A stretch of DNA of 64,000 nucleotides from Klebsiella phage KP2025, in the sequence record PP919962.1. One strand, written 5' to 3'. A model generated the notes under the pieces. The model ran no database searches. It was not told the DNA's origin and saw nothing but the letters and a program-made list of their open reading frames with translations. Position numbers and translations under genes: made by a program. Every line of letters starts with the position of its first letter. Within the stretch, counting starts at the first letter, position 1. Shown in pieces: positions 63,424 through 64,000 of this stretch.

Positions 63424-64000
63424 GTGATGCTAATTACTGGGACAGGGTGAAACCCCTCGTTCCAGGTGTAGTAGTGAAGTACGCTGGGTCAAAAAGCAGC
63501 GATTTTTACCTACTACCTGAGCTAGGTACACTACTAACTCTTATTGCAGAAGATATTCAGATGGGTTTCAACCCTGTTTGGATTTGTCTCTGGTATGATG
63601 AGGCTGGCAGAGTGAATCTCGTCCCTCTTTTGAAGAATGTGCTAGCGCCTGCCGAAGAACCGATTGATCCACGTACACAGGAAGTAGCTGATCGTTATTA
63701 TCCGTGGACAGGCAAAGCCTTAGATCTGAAATTCTTACAGAAGTCTCTTGACTCCCTGTTGAATCCAGTGCAAAATGAACCTGTTCCTGATGAGAAACCT
63801 GCCTCAAAGTTTTCTGAGGTAACGTTCCTCACTGATGGAGGTAGTGCAGCATTAAGTAACGTTCGCTTCCCTGTCACTCTACGATTGACGGACGAAGAAC
63901 ATAAACTATACCCAGAGCTAGATGGTGTTACCATCCTTGGTGGAATACTTAACATGCTTCCTGGTATTGATAAAGACCATAAATTCGATGATGATAAGTT
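63420..64000 (+). CDS. hypothetical protein, 5' part (open to window end)
   Basis: ATG overlapping upstream stop (ATGA); frame open for 193 codons. Confidence 0.5.
   Translation, partial: MSDANYWDRVKPLVPGVVVKYAGSKSSDFYLLPELGTLLTLIAEDIQMGFNPVWICLWYDEAGRVNLVPLLKNVLAPAEEPIDPRTQEVADRYYPWTGKALDLKFLQKSLDSLLNPVQNEPVPDEKPASKFSEVTFLTDGGSAALSNVRFPVTLRLTDEEHKLYPELDGVTILGGILNMLPGIDKDHKFDDDK

Overview
This 64-kb window is a segment of a large virulent dsDNA phage genome. It is gene-dense, has no rRNA, tRNA, CRISPR or transposase genes, and uses host-type sigma70-like promoters (TTGACA / TATAAT), so an enterobacterial host is likely. The precise phage family cannot be fixed from sequence alone.

**Left arm (1-32.4 kb), all minus-strand.**
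- T7-like replication genes: a 3'-5' exo-motif DNA polymerase fragment at the window edge and a gp4-like primase-helicase.
- A Ter-like stress module: TerC, TerD, a vWA protein, a TelA-like protein and a SprT-like peptidase.
- A macro-domain protein, a phosphoribosyltransferase and an HAD phosphatase.
- An AAA+ ATPase and a GatB/YqeY-domain protein.
- A UvrD-family helicase split by an intein in motif III.
- A DUF4326 protein.
- The NR transporter PnuC and a NadR-like NMN adenylyltransferase / ribosylnicotinamide kinase.

**Strand switch (32.37-32.49 kb).** A divergent promoter region marks the switch.

**Right arm (32.5-64 kb), plus-strand.**
- A paralogous second AAA+ ATPase.
- An about 11-kb array of roughly 31 small, early-type genes. 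Almost every gene has its own sigma70-like promoter and a conserved GC-rich 5'-leader hairpin just upstream of the ribosome-binding site (two hairpin families, one with a GNRA loop).
- Two promoter subclasses carry palindromes in or around the spacer and -10 element.
- A 22-nt inverted repeat flanks the array.
- Two AT-rich non-coding islands (37.48-38.06 kb and 50.15-51.67 kb) are packed with direct repeats, Fur-box-like palindromes and hairpins. They are candidates for a replication origin, regulator sites, sRNA genes or decayed genes.
- The remainder is small phage genes, including DUF551, a zinc-ribbon plus T5orf172/GIY-YIG-like protein and a glycosyltransferase.

All functional calls are motif-level reads of the translations. 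No database search was possible.
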